Positions 46,878-55,781 of a stretch of 64,000 nucleotides of DNA are shown here, one piece after another; position 1 is the stretch's first letter, and the number at the start of each line of letters is the position of its first letter. Source of the stretch: a phage; the sequence record OZ346187.1; one strand, given 5' to 3'. Below the pieces are notes generated by a model, which worked only from the letters and a program-made list of their open reading frames with translations, did not search any database and had not been told where the DNA came from. The position numbers and the translations under genes were made by a program.

Positions 46878-47068
46878 GAAACAAGAAAGAGCTTTACTCT
46901 GGCGAGTGGATCAACGATCAACAGGTCGGAGAGGTAACCTGCTTCCGGTGTTTTACTCGGTACAATCTTAAAACTGCACCAAAAAGTGTTCCAAAGACTG
47001 ACGGTTATTACATAAAAGAACCTCATTGCCCAAAATGTAAATGCCGATTGTACTGGAGCAATCTATAA
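46874..47068 (+). CDS. small zinc-ribbon-like protein (64 aa)
   Basis: ATG at 46874; CFRC and CPKCKC Cys pairs. Confidence 0.4.
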   Translation: MRNKKELYSGEWINDQQVGEVTCFRCFTRYNLKTAPKSVPKTDGYYIKEPHCPKCKCRLYWSNL

Positions 47069-47072
47069 GAGG

Positions 47073-47100
47073 TTGACATCTGAAAACTGCAGTGTATAGT
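47073..47100 (+). promoter_or_regulatory. sigma70-like promoter (TTGACA-16-TATAGT)
   Basis: Hexamers upstream of 47132. Confidence 0.4.
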
Positions 47101-47131
47101 ATACACATAAACTAACAGAGAGCGATGTATT

Positions 47132-47323
47132 ATGGTAATTTTTAACCGGGATGGTATCATAGTTAGACAGCACCCGTTCCTTGAATACTATCAAATTGAG
47201 CAATGGTGCTACGGGGATTGCAGTCACTCCTATGGGCAAAGTTGGGGATATCGTACAGTTTTTGAATCAACAGACCTTGACAAAGTAAGACAGAAAGTTT
47301 TAGAACTTATTAACAACAAGTGA
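47132..47323 (+). CDS. hypothetical protein (63 aa)
   Basis: ORF downstream of promoter. Confidence 0.4.
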   Translation: MVIFNRDGIIVRQHPFLEYYQIEQWCYGDCSHSYGQSWGYRTVFESTDLDKVRQKVLELINNK

Positions 47324-47332
47324 GTATGATAT

Positions 47333-47665
47333 ATGGTAACATTAGAAAGACGTAAAGCTATCGCCGCCACACTGGCAGACATCTTTTGGGATTGCAACTT
47401 AAAAGATACCAGAAATTGTGGCGCATCTGTAGATGTATTATTCCCACGGCCCACCATTGTTGCAATGGGAAACCTGTTAAACGTAGTGTACGGAGCATGG
47501 GACAAAGAAGGTGGATTCTATATCTGGCAACCTGACTACAGAGCCTGGAAAGAGGTAAGGGGTGCGGTTGACTTTGGGCCTGCAAGTGCTAAGATGGATG
47601 GCTGGGAAATTTATGTTGGAAACGACATGAAGCTGAAAGGCGAGATTGTTTACTGGTTACCTTAA
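47333..47665 (+). CDS. hypothetical protein (110 aa)
   Basis: ORF with RBS. Confidence 0.45.
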   Translation: MVTLERRKAIAATLADIFWDCNLKDTRNCGASVDVLFPRPTIVAMGNLLNVVYGAWDKEGGFYIWQPDYRAWKEVRGAVDFGPASAKMDGWEIYVGNDMKLKGEIVYWLP

Positions 47666-47685
47666 GAGAATGCAGGAGATAAAGT

Positions 47686-47931
47686 ATGAACAAAGGGTGG
47701 ACATTTGTAGACGGCGTTGAAAACATGCCTCTAGGAAAGTATATTGTAGCCATGGCAGATGAGAATGGCAAGGTTGATTTCGGAGCTTGCGAGGTTGTTC
47801 TTGCAGGATCTGGTGACTATGCTCACAAAACTGGGATAATTAACGGTCATTTCTACTTTGATTACAACCCTGTTGTGGCGTATATGGCTATGCCAGAGTT
47901 CGAGCTCCCAAAGGAGGGTGCGGATGTTTAA
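47686..47931 (+). CDS. hypothetical protein (81 aa)
   Basis: AGGAGA RBS. Confidence 0.45.
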   Translation: MNKGWTFVDGVENMPLGKYIVAMADENGKVDFGACEVVLAGSGDYAHKTGIINGHFYFDYNPVVAYMAMPEFELPKEGADV

Positions 47932-48121
47932 GCTTAAATCTGCATGGAACATCGCTGTGGGGGACGAGATCCGCATCCCAGGTGGAAAGACCATTATGAA
48001 GATATCTCGTATCGAGTACGAAGGTGATCGTGTATTTCATATCTTTGCAGAAGATGGTCGAGAAATTTATATACAGGCAGGCTCTCACATCTATATTCGT
48101 AAGAAAGGGGACGACAAATGA
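47924..48121 (+). CDS. hypothetical protein (65 aa)
   Basis: ATG at 47924 after GGAGGG (track start 47858). Confidence 0.4.
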   Translation: MFKLKSAWNIAVGDEIRIPGGKTIMKISRIEYEGDRVFHIFAEDGREIYIQAGSHIYIRKKGDDK

Positions 48122-48447
48122 CAGAGATCATCATTTCAACTGCAGGGTATGTGTTCCTGACAATCATTGCACTGACCATTTTGGTGGTGGTATATGGAAT
48201 TGTTATTCTCCCTATTCTTGAGACAATTAGTTTGTGTCGGTGTTGGAGAAAGGCTTACGGTCCACAGCCGTGGAAGGACTGGCCCCACCTGGTGCACATA
48301 GCGTTCTCTTATGCTTATGATCACGCCAGCAGTGCATGCATAACCGGGTATCACGCCCACAACTGGAGCTGGGAAGGGTTGAGGAAATGGAATGTTACAA
48401 AGACCATACCTCTGCGCATGTACAAACCTAAAAACAAAGACAGCTGA
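48118..48447 (+). CDS. membrane protein (109 aa)
   Basis: N-terminal long hydrophobic segment IIISTAGYVFLTIIALTILVVVYGIVILPIL; last gene of the plus block. Confidence 0.45.
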   Translation: MTEIIISTAGYVFLTIIALTILVVVYGIVILPILETISLCRCWRKAYGPQPWKDWPHLVHIAFSYAYDHASSACITGYHAHNWSWEGLRKWNVTKTIPLRMYKPKNKDS

Positions 48448-48476
48448 TACTTGAAAATCCCTGGCATATCAAGTGT

Positions 48477-48512
48477 AAGGAGGATTTCTAAAATGGATTT
48501 CCTCCTTTTGAT
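48477..48512 (+). terminator. terminator-like hairpin at end of plus block
   Basis: aaggagga ... tcctcctt stem with about 15-nt loop followed by ttgatattt. Confidence 0.35.
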
Positions 48513-48747
48513 ATTTCACCGGGCCAGATATTTTAAAATTCTTAGAAAATCAGGTCTTTGAAATGAAAAACAGATCGAGTACCGAAAGAGGATGTACAAA
48601 TTTTCTGATAATAATGGACTTATTGTTATAAAAGGTCAGAGGTAAGCTGGGAAAGTTCTGGTAGAAGGGTGAGAGTATGTGCGGAAAAATCTGGAATAGT
48701 GACTTAAAGTACGGTGCGAACGATAAGGAATTGAGCAGCACATCTTA

Positions 48748-49150
48748 TCGTGCCTGTATTTTGTGTGGATGAATGAGAATACCTATCATTGTGAGAACCA
48801 TTATCATTACGGGCAATTTAACAGTACCGATTATGCGCACCACTGGCGATACATACAGGGATTGATAACATGGGTTACTGTTTACGCACATAACAATTGT
48901 ATTTCTTACTATTTGTGTGGGCGTTTAGACGTTGACGGTCAGAAGTCTGCAGGTTAATATCTAATCTATTGGCTGCTAACTATATCCCACACAAATAGTA
49001 AGAAATACAATTGTTATGTGCGTAAACAGTAACCCATGTTATCAATCCCTGTATGCATGCCAGTGGTGCGCATAATGGGTATTATGTTAAATTGCCCGTA
49101 ATGATAATGGTTCTCACAATGATAGGTATTCTCATTCATCCACACAAAAT
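48748..49150. repeat. large imperfect inverted repeat (arms about 170 bp, spacer about 64 bp)
   Basis: 48748-48921 is the near-exact reverse complement of 48986-49150 (identical for the outer 66 nt and the inner about 66 nt; one indel-containing patch); track ORFs 48763-48957(+) and 49014-49205(-) are mirror images of it. Confidence 0.85.
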
Positions 49151-49379
49151 AGATTGCAAATGTTGTGCCACTGTGTGAACGGCCTGGCCTATTAATTTGC
49201 CTCACTGCCTTGATATTTGAGAATTATTATAAGAATGAGAAGTATTCCCATTTCGTCCGCCTGGCAGCACTCCTGTAGGTCCTGCAAGGACTCTAGCTGA
49301 AAGCTAGACCCTTCGGGCCTCCCTGCAGGTCAGGTCAAAATCGTGGTAGAATTGGGCCTGTTCAGATATTTCTGGCTGA

Positions 49380-50587
49380 CTCTTCAGGTCTGTGTGGGAA
49401 AAGCCAACCTCTCCGGCGGGGCATGGGGTCATGACGGGAAAATTGCAGGTCAATTAAAAAATTTACGTGGTGTATGAAGCGCTCTTCAGGTAAGGCAGGT
49501 ATTATGGGATGAAACCCTCTTCAGGCAATGATATTTGTGGGTGTGATATTTGCTGGAAAGCCAGATATGACGGGACTCCCGGCGGGGCAGGGGTAGTACA
49601 GACAGGGAAAATATGGAGGATGTGGTTGGGTAAATTGATCAGGCAGGTAGAGTATGGAATATGTTACAGGTATGTTAAATAGGGAGGCTGAATATCTGTA
49701 GGATTTGTGTGTAAAATCAAAGACTTAAGTGGTGTTGTGGTATTTTCTATAAATAATTCAAGTTTAATAGGTAATATTTGTCTCTATTCGCTTTGTGTGG
49801 TAAACAGATTCAGATGAGATTGGTTTACAAGTGTATACATAATATACAAATTAAAGATACAAGAAACCCCCCTCCCCCTTCGGCTACCATTCACCTTTTC
49901 CTCTGACTGGTACTTAAACACTTATTCAGACTCTTCAGGTTATCACCCATATATCATATGGCAGTGACTGGTGTCCTCCGGCCCCTCTTTCGTCACCCGT
50001 CCGCTTCGCCATGCTAATGCCATAGCCAATGGTTCGGTTGTTCACCCTGTTCACTCAGGTGTATCTCCATACCCCTTCAAACCGAAGAGAACAGAAAACC
50101 CGAATTACTCGGTAAAAGAAAAGAGAAGAACTTAATTTTATCAGGATAGGCAAGAATGTCAAGGCATGACTGCTCACTAAACAAGCAAACAGTCATGTGT
50201 GGAAGGTAAGTGATTGTGGTGGTAGGAAATTTAGTTGAAAGATGTGTTATAGGTGCTTCCAGCACTTTAGCCGGGCAGCTAATTGTGTGTCAGTCCAGCG
50301 GTTCATCCTCTACTTCACTGAAATCAATGTTCATGGTCTCTTCCCAACCATCGATCTCAGCACAAGAGTGGAGTTCTTTAGGGTTTACTCCCAAAGCCTC
50401 AGCAACAGAGTCTATATTTAACACCTCTGGCAGGTATGATTCATCGAATTCAAGGTAAATCAGGCCACGAGTGTTGTCAGCTCCACCAAATATCTCTATC
50501 TTCATGAAATCTCCTCTGGAAATGAGAGTGTGAACAGGGTTTTATACGTTCTAATGCACAGGAATTATACACGTTTGCCTCTTCAGG
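49380..50587. repeat. iteron-like direct repeats in non-coding DNA
   Basis: CTCTTCAGG at 49380, 49482, 49517, 49931, 50579; about 35-nt repeat ctcc(c)ggcggggca(t/g)ggg...gggaaaat at 49411 and 49577; AT-rich stretch 49741-49860; C-tract 49867-49878. Confidence 0.5.
50290..50505 (-). CDS. small acidic protein (71 aa)
   Basis: ORF, first of minus-strand small-gene array. Confidence 0.4.
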   Translation of the reverse strand: MKIEIFGGADNTRGLIYLEFDESYLPEVLNIDSVAEALGVNPKELHSCAEIDGWEETMNIDFSEVEDEPLD

Positions 50588-50626
50588 CCATGCTTTAGCA
50601 TGAGGAACCTGTGTGGGCTCGGTGCT

Positions 50627-50839
50627 TCATAGTCTACCACCTCTGAACTCTTCGTGCTCAGGCATAATAGAGAACCAGATATCTACGATGTCCTCCCACG
50701 TCAGGTCATCAGCCTCAGGATCTGTCTGGGACGAAGATGAAGAGTCCTCAGAATCTAAGTTTTCCTCTTTAACTGGCTCATCCAAGGGACATATGGTCAC
50801 TCCTTCGGATGTCTCTTCAGATGCATGTGTGTTGATCAT
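50627..50839 (-). CDS. small acidic protein (70 aa)
   Basis: ORF; start overlaps the stop of an upstream 33-codon hydrophobic micro-ORF (ATGA). Confidence 0.4.
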   Translation of the reverse strand: MINTHASEETSEGVTICPLDEPVKEENLDSEDSSSSSQTDPEADDLTWEDIVDIWFSIMPEHEEFRGGRL

Positions 50840-51199
50840 GTTCCCCCCGTGAGTATTCCGGCAACAGCCGCTATGGAAGTAATGATCATCAGGATCACCA
50901 CTAAAACTTCAGACAATGTTCTCATTGTGTATTCCATATTCTCCAAACTGTGTGTGGATACTATCACGGGAGCGGTAATGTGTCAACAGCAACGCCGCGA
51001 GGGTTTGGTTAAAATCCGAGCGTATGGTGATTTGGGTCAAAACGGACGTGCGTTCTCGCTACGCTCGAAATATGGAGTTGTTTGTAGGGAGCTCTTAAAC
51101 GCTCTGTAATGAGATTAACTGCCCAAGGTATGCAATCGTGCACCAGATAAAGAAAAGGACGCCACAGAGCGTCCTAGGTGTCTTAAATTTGATATTTTG

Positions 51200-51511
51200 C
51201 TATACCCACGAGGGCTTATCAAGGTTGGAGTAGCTGAAAGGTGTCAAAAGGTGACTGTCAAAATCTCTCAAACTATCCAAATCTTTTTCCTCGTCCTGAC
51301 ACCATCTGTGCCTACATTTGTTGTTGTAGTGCATGGAATGCATAGCGTTCTGCAACTTAACAGGCACAAGTGATTCAGGAGTAGATAGTATTGTTGGGTA
51401 TGCCAGAACCACCTCAAACAGTGGAAACACATCGAAACTAAAGTCTACCTCTGCAGAGGTTGATGGCATGTAGGAGTATTTAGCCGCCTTTGTAGACATA
51501 ATCCACCTCAC
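51200..51511 (-). CDS. hypothetical protein (103 aa)
   Basis: ORF in minus block. Confidence 0.4.
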   Translation of the reverse strand: MRWIMSTKAAKYSYMPSTSAEVDFSFDVFPLFEVVLAYPTILSTPESLVPVKLQNAMHSMHYNNKCRHRWCQDEEKDLDSLRDFDSHLLTPFSYSNLDKPSWV

Positions 51512-51834
51512 ACAGGTTTGATAATACCTTCACCGAATAGCTCTTCGTATCTAATCTTGTCCGGATCCCACTCTTGGATAATTTCGAAGACAATATCCAA
51601 CCCAGGGATAATCACTTCTCCAGTGTCAAGTTTGGCAAGAACAAAACCAGAAGGCTGAATGGTTTCCCAGTTGCGCCGATTGGAATAGAAGACCTCGAAA
51701 ATATCGCCGACCTTTATCTGTTGATCAAGATGTTCAAGATTCTCTTTCATATAGACGCAGCGGATTTTTCGTGCAGGCCATAGACCACCTGCATCACGTT
51801 CATTTAGCTCTTTTACAGTAATCGGTATACCCAT
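51508..51834 (-). CDS. hypothetical protein (108 aa)
   Basis: ORF in minus block, coupled to downstream ORF. Confidence 0.45.
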   Translation of the reverse strand: MGIPITVKELNERDAGGLWPARKIRCVYMKENLEHLDQQIKVGDIFEVFYSNRRNWETIQPSGFVLAKLDTGEVIIPGLDIVFEIIQEWDPDKIRYEELFGEGIIKPV

Positions 51835-51850
51835 CTCAAATCTCCTTCAT

Positions 51851-51883
51851 AGATAGTAAAAAGAGGGGCCCAAGCCCCCCTCT
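51851..51883 (-). terminator. rho-independent terminator-like hairpin (minus strand)
   Basis: agagggg/cccctct stem; on the minus strand followed by a U-run (plus-strand taaaaag). Confidence 0.45.
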
Positions 51884-51889
51884 TTGTCA

Positions 51890-52195
51890 TTATTCTACAG
51901 AGCGTTTGAACAGAATGTCTGCCTCAGACATGTGCTCAACCTCTTCTTCGATTTTAGCGCGACGTTTTTCAGCCTCATAGCGAATATCGAACTCGGTAGC
52001 CACCAGAGATTTGATGAATTTAGGAGAATACAGGTGATCCTGCTTCTCAACGAGAATGATATCCTTAATGGCATCTTTCAGATCTTTAATCTGAAGTTGG
52101 AGTTCTACCAGTTCTTCGATTGTTTTGCGAAGGCGATCACGCTCTGCAGTGTCAGAAGGAAGAGAGGTGAACAGTTCAACTTTAGATTTAGCCAT
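51890..52195 (-). CDS. coiled-coil protein (101 aa)
   Basis: ORF; charged heptad-rich sequence. Confidence 0.45.
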   Translation of the reverse strand: MAKSKVELFTSLPSDTAERDRLRKTIEELVELQLQIKDLKDAIKDIILVEKQDHLYSPKFIKSLVATEFDIRYEAEKRRAKIEEEVEHMSEADILFKRSVE

Positions 52196-52223
52196 AGTAA
52201 GAGTCTCCTTATGTTGTTTTAAA

Positions 52224-52475
52224 TTAACGTTCTACAAAAATACCGTTCAGTTCAATAACCAGGAATTTCTGGTCTTCACTATCGTCTCGTGCCAGCACCT
52301 CACAGACGTATCGGTCATCCCCATCATCATCGCAGTAAAATACAAGACTGAGGACTTTATCATGGTAAACCTTCGCAACTACCGCCTCGTAAGTATTGCC
52401 GATTGTGAATCCAAGATAATCTCCGATGCATTTGACAACAACATGGTCTCCAGCATTTAAGTCAATCTTCGTCAT
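52224..52475 (-). CDS. small protein (83 aa)
   Basis: ATG at 52475 after AAGGAG (track start 52541). Confidence 0.4.
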   Translation of the reverse strand: MTKIDLNAGDHVVVKCIGDYLGFTIGNTYEAVVAKVYHDKVLSLVFYCDDDGDDRYVCEVLARDDSEDQKFLVIELNGIFVER

Positions 52476-52630
52476 TACTGCGCTCCTTGGGTAATAATAC
52501 TGTATGTAAAACTTTAACCAGAGATGTGAATAACGCCCCAAAACACACCGATAGCGCTAAAACAGACAAGGCCATCATTAAAGCTTCAGTAAAATCAGTC
52601 ATTCCTCACCTCTTGTTAGTCACTATACTA

Positions 52631-52894
52631 TCATTTATCCTTGTCGTCAAGAACTTTTTTAAATCTTTCAGGGATATCTCCCGTTCTTAGATAGTTCATG
52701 ACCTCGCAAGGTTCCCACTTGAATTTCTTACAGAGCAGGGCGGCTGAGATTGTTTCATTGCGAAAAGAAAGGATATTAATATCCCACTCTGAGAACCCCA
52801 ACTTCCGAAGGGTAGCTACAGAAATCCTCACCGCAACCCAGCAGCAAAAACATGCAACAAACGCCACTGCTACAACCCACATCAGGATGTTCAT
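52631..52894 (-). CDS. membrane protein (87 aa)
   Basis: N-terminal hydrophobic helix. Confidence 0.4.
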   Translation of the reverse strand: MNILMWVVAVAFVACFCCWVAVRISVATLRKLGFSEWDINILSFRNETISAALLCKKFKWEPCEVMNYLRTGDIPERFKKVLDDKDK

Positions 52895-52983
52895 ATAAGC
52901 ACCTTACTGAAATACAAGACACAGTGTTAAGGTTACTGACCAGCAAATAATTAACAGTGCCGTTGCAACCTTGGCAAGATTTA

Positions 52984-53271
52984 TCATAGTGCCTCTAAGA
53001 TTTCATATCCTTCGGGTCGGAATACAAGCCACTCCGTGGCTCCGTTTGGTCGATACGCTTTATACAGAACAACCTGGTCTCGGCACATGCACATGGCTAC
53101 ATAGTTTTCATCCACACCTGCAGCCTGCATTGCATCTTCTTCTCCGGCAACTGCTTTGCTTACAACTTCCTTGGTAGGCAGGTGTGCGATCAGCTCGTCA
53201 CCATCATTAATTCCAAAATGGCTGAGTTCGCCGTTGGTATCTTTAATCTTAATCTTAACCAGATCTTTCAT
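52984..53271 (-). CDS. small acidic protein (95 aa)
   Basis: ORF in array. Confidence 0.4.
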   Translation of the reverse strand: MKDLVKIKIKDTNGELSHFGINDGDELIAHLPTKEVVSKAVAGEEDAMQAAGVDENYVAMCMCRDQVVLYKAYRPNGATEWLVFRPEGYEILEAL

Positions 53272-53600
53272 TAGTCTTCCCCCAGGTTCAAAGGTCCTAA
53301 GATTTCATATGCCAGATTAGAAGTTACAAGAGGGTCTTCTGCGTCTTTAGTATTATACCACCCGTGAATAACCAGAGTCCCACTTTGTTTCATGTCCAAC
53401 TGGAACTCTTCTGCCGTTTCCTCATCCAGCTCCAAGATTTCCATAAGGTATTTGATGTTAGGGAGGTATGCAGCTGTTACAGTCCCCTCTACCAGACCTT
53501 CAGGCCAACCTACATCTGGATGACAAGTAGGAACCAGATTGGTCAGCTTAATGGTGTACGCTTTTTCTGCACGAGCCTTCAGTAACGGGTCAATCTTCAT
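53271..53600 (-). CDS. small acidic protein (109 aa)
   Basis: ORF in array. Confidence 0.4.
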   Translation of the reverse strand: MKIDPLLKARAEKAYTIKLTNLVPTCHPDVGWPEGLVEGTVTAAYLPNIKYLMEILELDEETAEEFQLDMKQSGTLVIHGWYNTKDAEDPLVTSNLAYEILGPLNLGED

Positions 53601-53950
53601 TATTCGTCCTCCTCTTCGGTACCTGCTTCCAGTAATAAGTTAAGAATATCTTCTGCACAAGGCTCATAGAACTCTTGGCCTTCATTATCGATGATTTTGT
53701 AGTCATCTCCGCGAATAATCAGAGGATCACTCTCAAAATTATCGAGACCTTTAACAACGACAACACGATCGATTGCCATCATTGTAAGAACTTTATCGAC
53801 ATCTTCCTCTGCTACACCATACTGCAGCAGAATGTCTTTGGTAGGAGGAACAGCATCCACCACAACACCGTTACCAAAACCTTCCGGTAAGTTAGCTAAA
53901 ATATCTTCCGGAACCACACTAACATCAAAACCAGTAATTTCTACTTTCAT
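53600..53950 (-). CDS. small acidic protein (116 aa)
   Basis: ORF in array; acidic C-terminus. Confidence 0.4.
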   Translation of the reverse strand: MKVEITGFDVSVVPEDILANLPEGFGNGVVVDAVPPTKDILLQYGVAEEDVDKVLTMMAIDRVVVVKGLDNFESDPLIIRGDDYKIIDNEGQEFYEPCAEDILNLLLEAGTEEEDE

Positions 53951-54211
53951 TTACAGCACCTCTTCGTCAACTACTTCATAAAAATGGCCTGGGATTGCAA
54001 TAGCGTTCTCACCTTCACCTACAAACACAGTTCCGTCAAGAATCAACATCATAAGAGTTTCTGGAATATCCTCTTCCTGAACGTTGCCAAAACCTTTAAT
54101 CAGCTCGTAGGTTGGAAGATTTACCTCTAAGATGTCACCATCTTTAGAGCGGAAATCAACACCATCCTGAATCTCTGCCATTTCAAGGTTTTTCAGTTTA
54201 ATCTTCATCAA
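53951..54211 (-). CDS. small acidic protein (86 aa)
   Basis: ORF in array. Confidence 0.4.
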   Translation of the reverse strand: MMKIKLKNLEMAEIQDGVDFRSKDGDILEVNLPTYELIKGFGNVQEEDIPETLMMLILDGTVFVGEGENAIAIPGHFYEVVDEEVL

Positions 54212-54287
54212 TCAGTCTCCCGTCTTGTTAAGATGAAGGTATTATTTCACACAGGGTTGGCGTTGTCAACACCTGTGTGCAAGAAAA

Positions 54288-54683
54288 TTACTGAAACAGT
54301 GCGGATAAATTACCTTCTGGTGGGAACTTATCTGCCAAAAACGGTGTTAGCACAGTAGCCTTCTGAAGATCTGGGGTCCACTCGTTGTTCAGAACATCCC
54401 AGTAGTACGCAATGTTGCTGTGTGGGTGCCGCATTACGAACTTTTTCCCTTCGTAGTCATCTGAAACCTCTACAGAAGAAATAACAACAGAATCTTCAAG
54501 GGTTTCTTCATAGAAAGATCCACCTTCAAATTTCCAACGAGATGCAAGAGCTCCTGCCTTGAACGCTGCAGATAACGGACTGTCTGCAAGAACATACATT
54601 TCTTGCACTCTGTCGCTGCGATCTTTGCTTCTTACGTTGTATACAGTATCTGAGCTATACTCAACACGGTATAGGCTTACCAT
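54288..54683 (-). CDS. HP-x-S...YW...WTP family protein, copy 1 (131 aa)
   Basis: Shares A..A...W.(F/Y)EG and HP.S....YW......WTP motifs with ORF 56490-56888. Confidence 0.45.
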   Translation of the reverse strand: MVSLYRVEYSSDTVYNVRSKDRSDRVQEMYVLADSPLSAAFKAGALASRWKFEGGSFYEETLEDSVVISSVEVSDDYEGKKFVMRHPHSNIAYYWDVLNNEWTPDLQKATVLTPFLADKFPPEGNLSALFQ

Positions 54684-55042
54684 TACCGCACCTCCTCAAT
54701 AACTTCCACATCTGAGCCCACCACAAATGCAAAAGGACAGGTTTCATGAAAGACATCCGGATCGCCGCCAAGCTTGCTAACAATCTCTCCACCACTAATA
54801 AACACAAGCTCACCGATATTCATCAGATTGCTGAAATAGTACCCATAATGATTAAAGAATGCAGCAGGGTCAGGTAGACTAGTAGCCTCAAGCACTACAT
54901 CAGTTGAGGTTACTTTCTTATCATAACCTCTCGCCTTTTGAGATGCAAGATCTGCAGAATCCTCAGGCGACCGGAGATGCACAGGAATTGTTTCACCAAT
55001 AAAGCGTACTTTCATATTATCACCCAACAACCATAGCTTCAA
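54683..55042 (-). CDS. MKV(K/R)-family small protein (119 aa; alternative start at 55015)
   Basis: Contains MKVRFIGE... and C-terminal GSDVEVIEE like the 56901-57372 paralogs. Confidence 0.4.
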   Translation of the reverse strand: MKLWLLGDNMKVRFIGETIPVHLRSPEDSADLASQKARGYDKKVTSTDVVLEATSLPDPAAFFNHYGYYFSNLMNIGELVFISGGEIVSKLGGDPDVFHETCPFAFVVGSDVEVIEEVR

Positions 55043-55283
55043 AAGGGGTCATGAACGAATAAACGGCATCATCATCTGCTTCAGGGAATGCTCCCAAAGA
55101 CTTCATGTCTGAGCCCTTGACAAATACAAGGTTTTGATCAAAAGCTTCTTGAGGATCAATCCGATACATATTTCGTAGAATATCGCCTACCTCCTCATCA
55201 AGAGGTGAGTATGCTGTGCACGTTTTTCCGATCAAGCTTTGAGAATCAGGGTATCCACCTGAAGTTTTAAAATAAACAATCAT
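55020..55283 (-). CDS. MKVK-family-related small protein (87 aa)
   Basis: GYPD..IGK and VFVKGSDMKSLGA resemble ORF 60786-61019. Confidence 0.4.
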   Translation of the reverse strand: MIVYFKTSGGYPDSQSLIGKTCTAYSPLDEEVGDILRNMYRIDPQEAFDQNLVFVKGSDMKSLGAFPEADDDAVYSFMTPFEAMVVG

Positions 55284-55374
55284 ATAGTATCACCTCTGGT
55301 AAGAGATTGGGATTCCTTTCCCACAAATAATTACAAACCTTCCTTATCGAGGAAGTATGCTAATCCAAGCAGGA

Positions 55375-55644
55375 TTATTCCTCTACAATCTCATACACAT
55401 CCGGAGTTACAATCAACTCTTCTCCGTTACCCGGTGCAACAAACACCACCATGCCTTCAGGTGTGTGCTTTTTAGCCATCTCGATAACATCTTCTCGCAG
55501 AGCTGGCTCCATCAGATCAAAACCTTCACCCAGGGCATCACGAACCACCTTCATATAGTCAACTGGTTGTGCTTCGACAATCATACCTTCAACCAGTCCA
55601 CAGTTTTTGTCTGCCAGCTCAGTTTTGAATAATTTAATTTTCAT
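55375..55644 (-). CDS. small acidic protein (89 aa)
   Basis: ORF; MKIKLF N-terminus, acidic EIVEE end. Confidence 0.4.
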   Translation of the reverse strand: MKIKLFKTELADKNCGLVEGMIVEAQPVDYMKVVRDALGEGFDLMEPALREDVIEMAKKHTPEGMVVFVAPGNGEELIVTPDVYEIVEE

Positions 55645-55781
55645 TTAGAGGTCTCCTCAATTATTTGATATTAATAGCCGTAACCTAACACATTAACTAC
55701 AACTGCGATTGCAAACATAATTTCAAAGCATGCAATCTCTACATTTGGAACTAATTTCTTGATCACACCCATTGTAGCACC

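Noticed and set aside
48763-49205. Track ORFs 48763-48957 (+) and 49014-49205 (-) encoding near-identical MWMNENTYHCENHYHYGQFN... peptides
   Set aside because: They are mirror images produced by the large inverted repeat and lie in the convergent non-coding zone without convincing RBS; treated as repeat DNA rather than two genes, though an inverted duplication of a small gene cannot be excluded.
49380-50587. Possible CRISPR array suggested by recurring short motifs
   Set aside because: Repeats are only 9-35 nt, irregularly spaced, imperfect and not separated by uniform spacers; no cas genes in the window.
50613-51109. Plus-strand ORFs 50613-50852 and 50825-51109 inside the minus-strand block
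   Set aside because: Antisense to minus-strand ORFs with better starts and RBS (50627-50839 and the coupled micro-ORF); amino-acid composition is Ser/Cys-rich and atypical.
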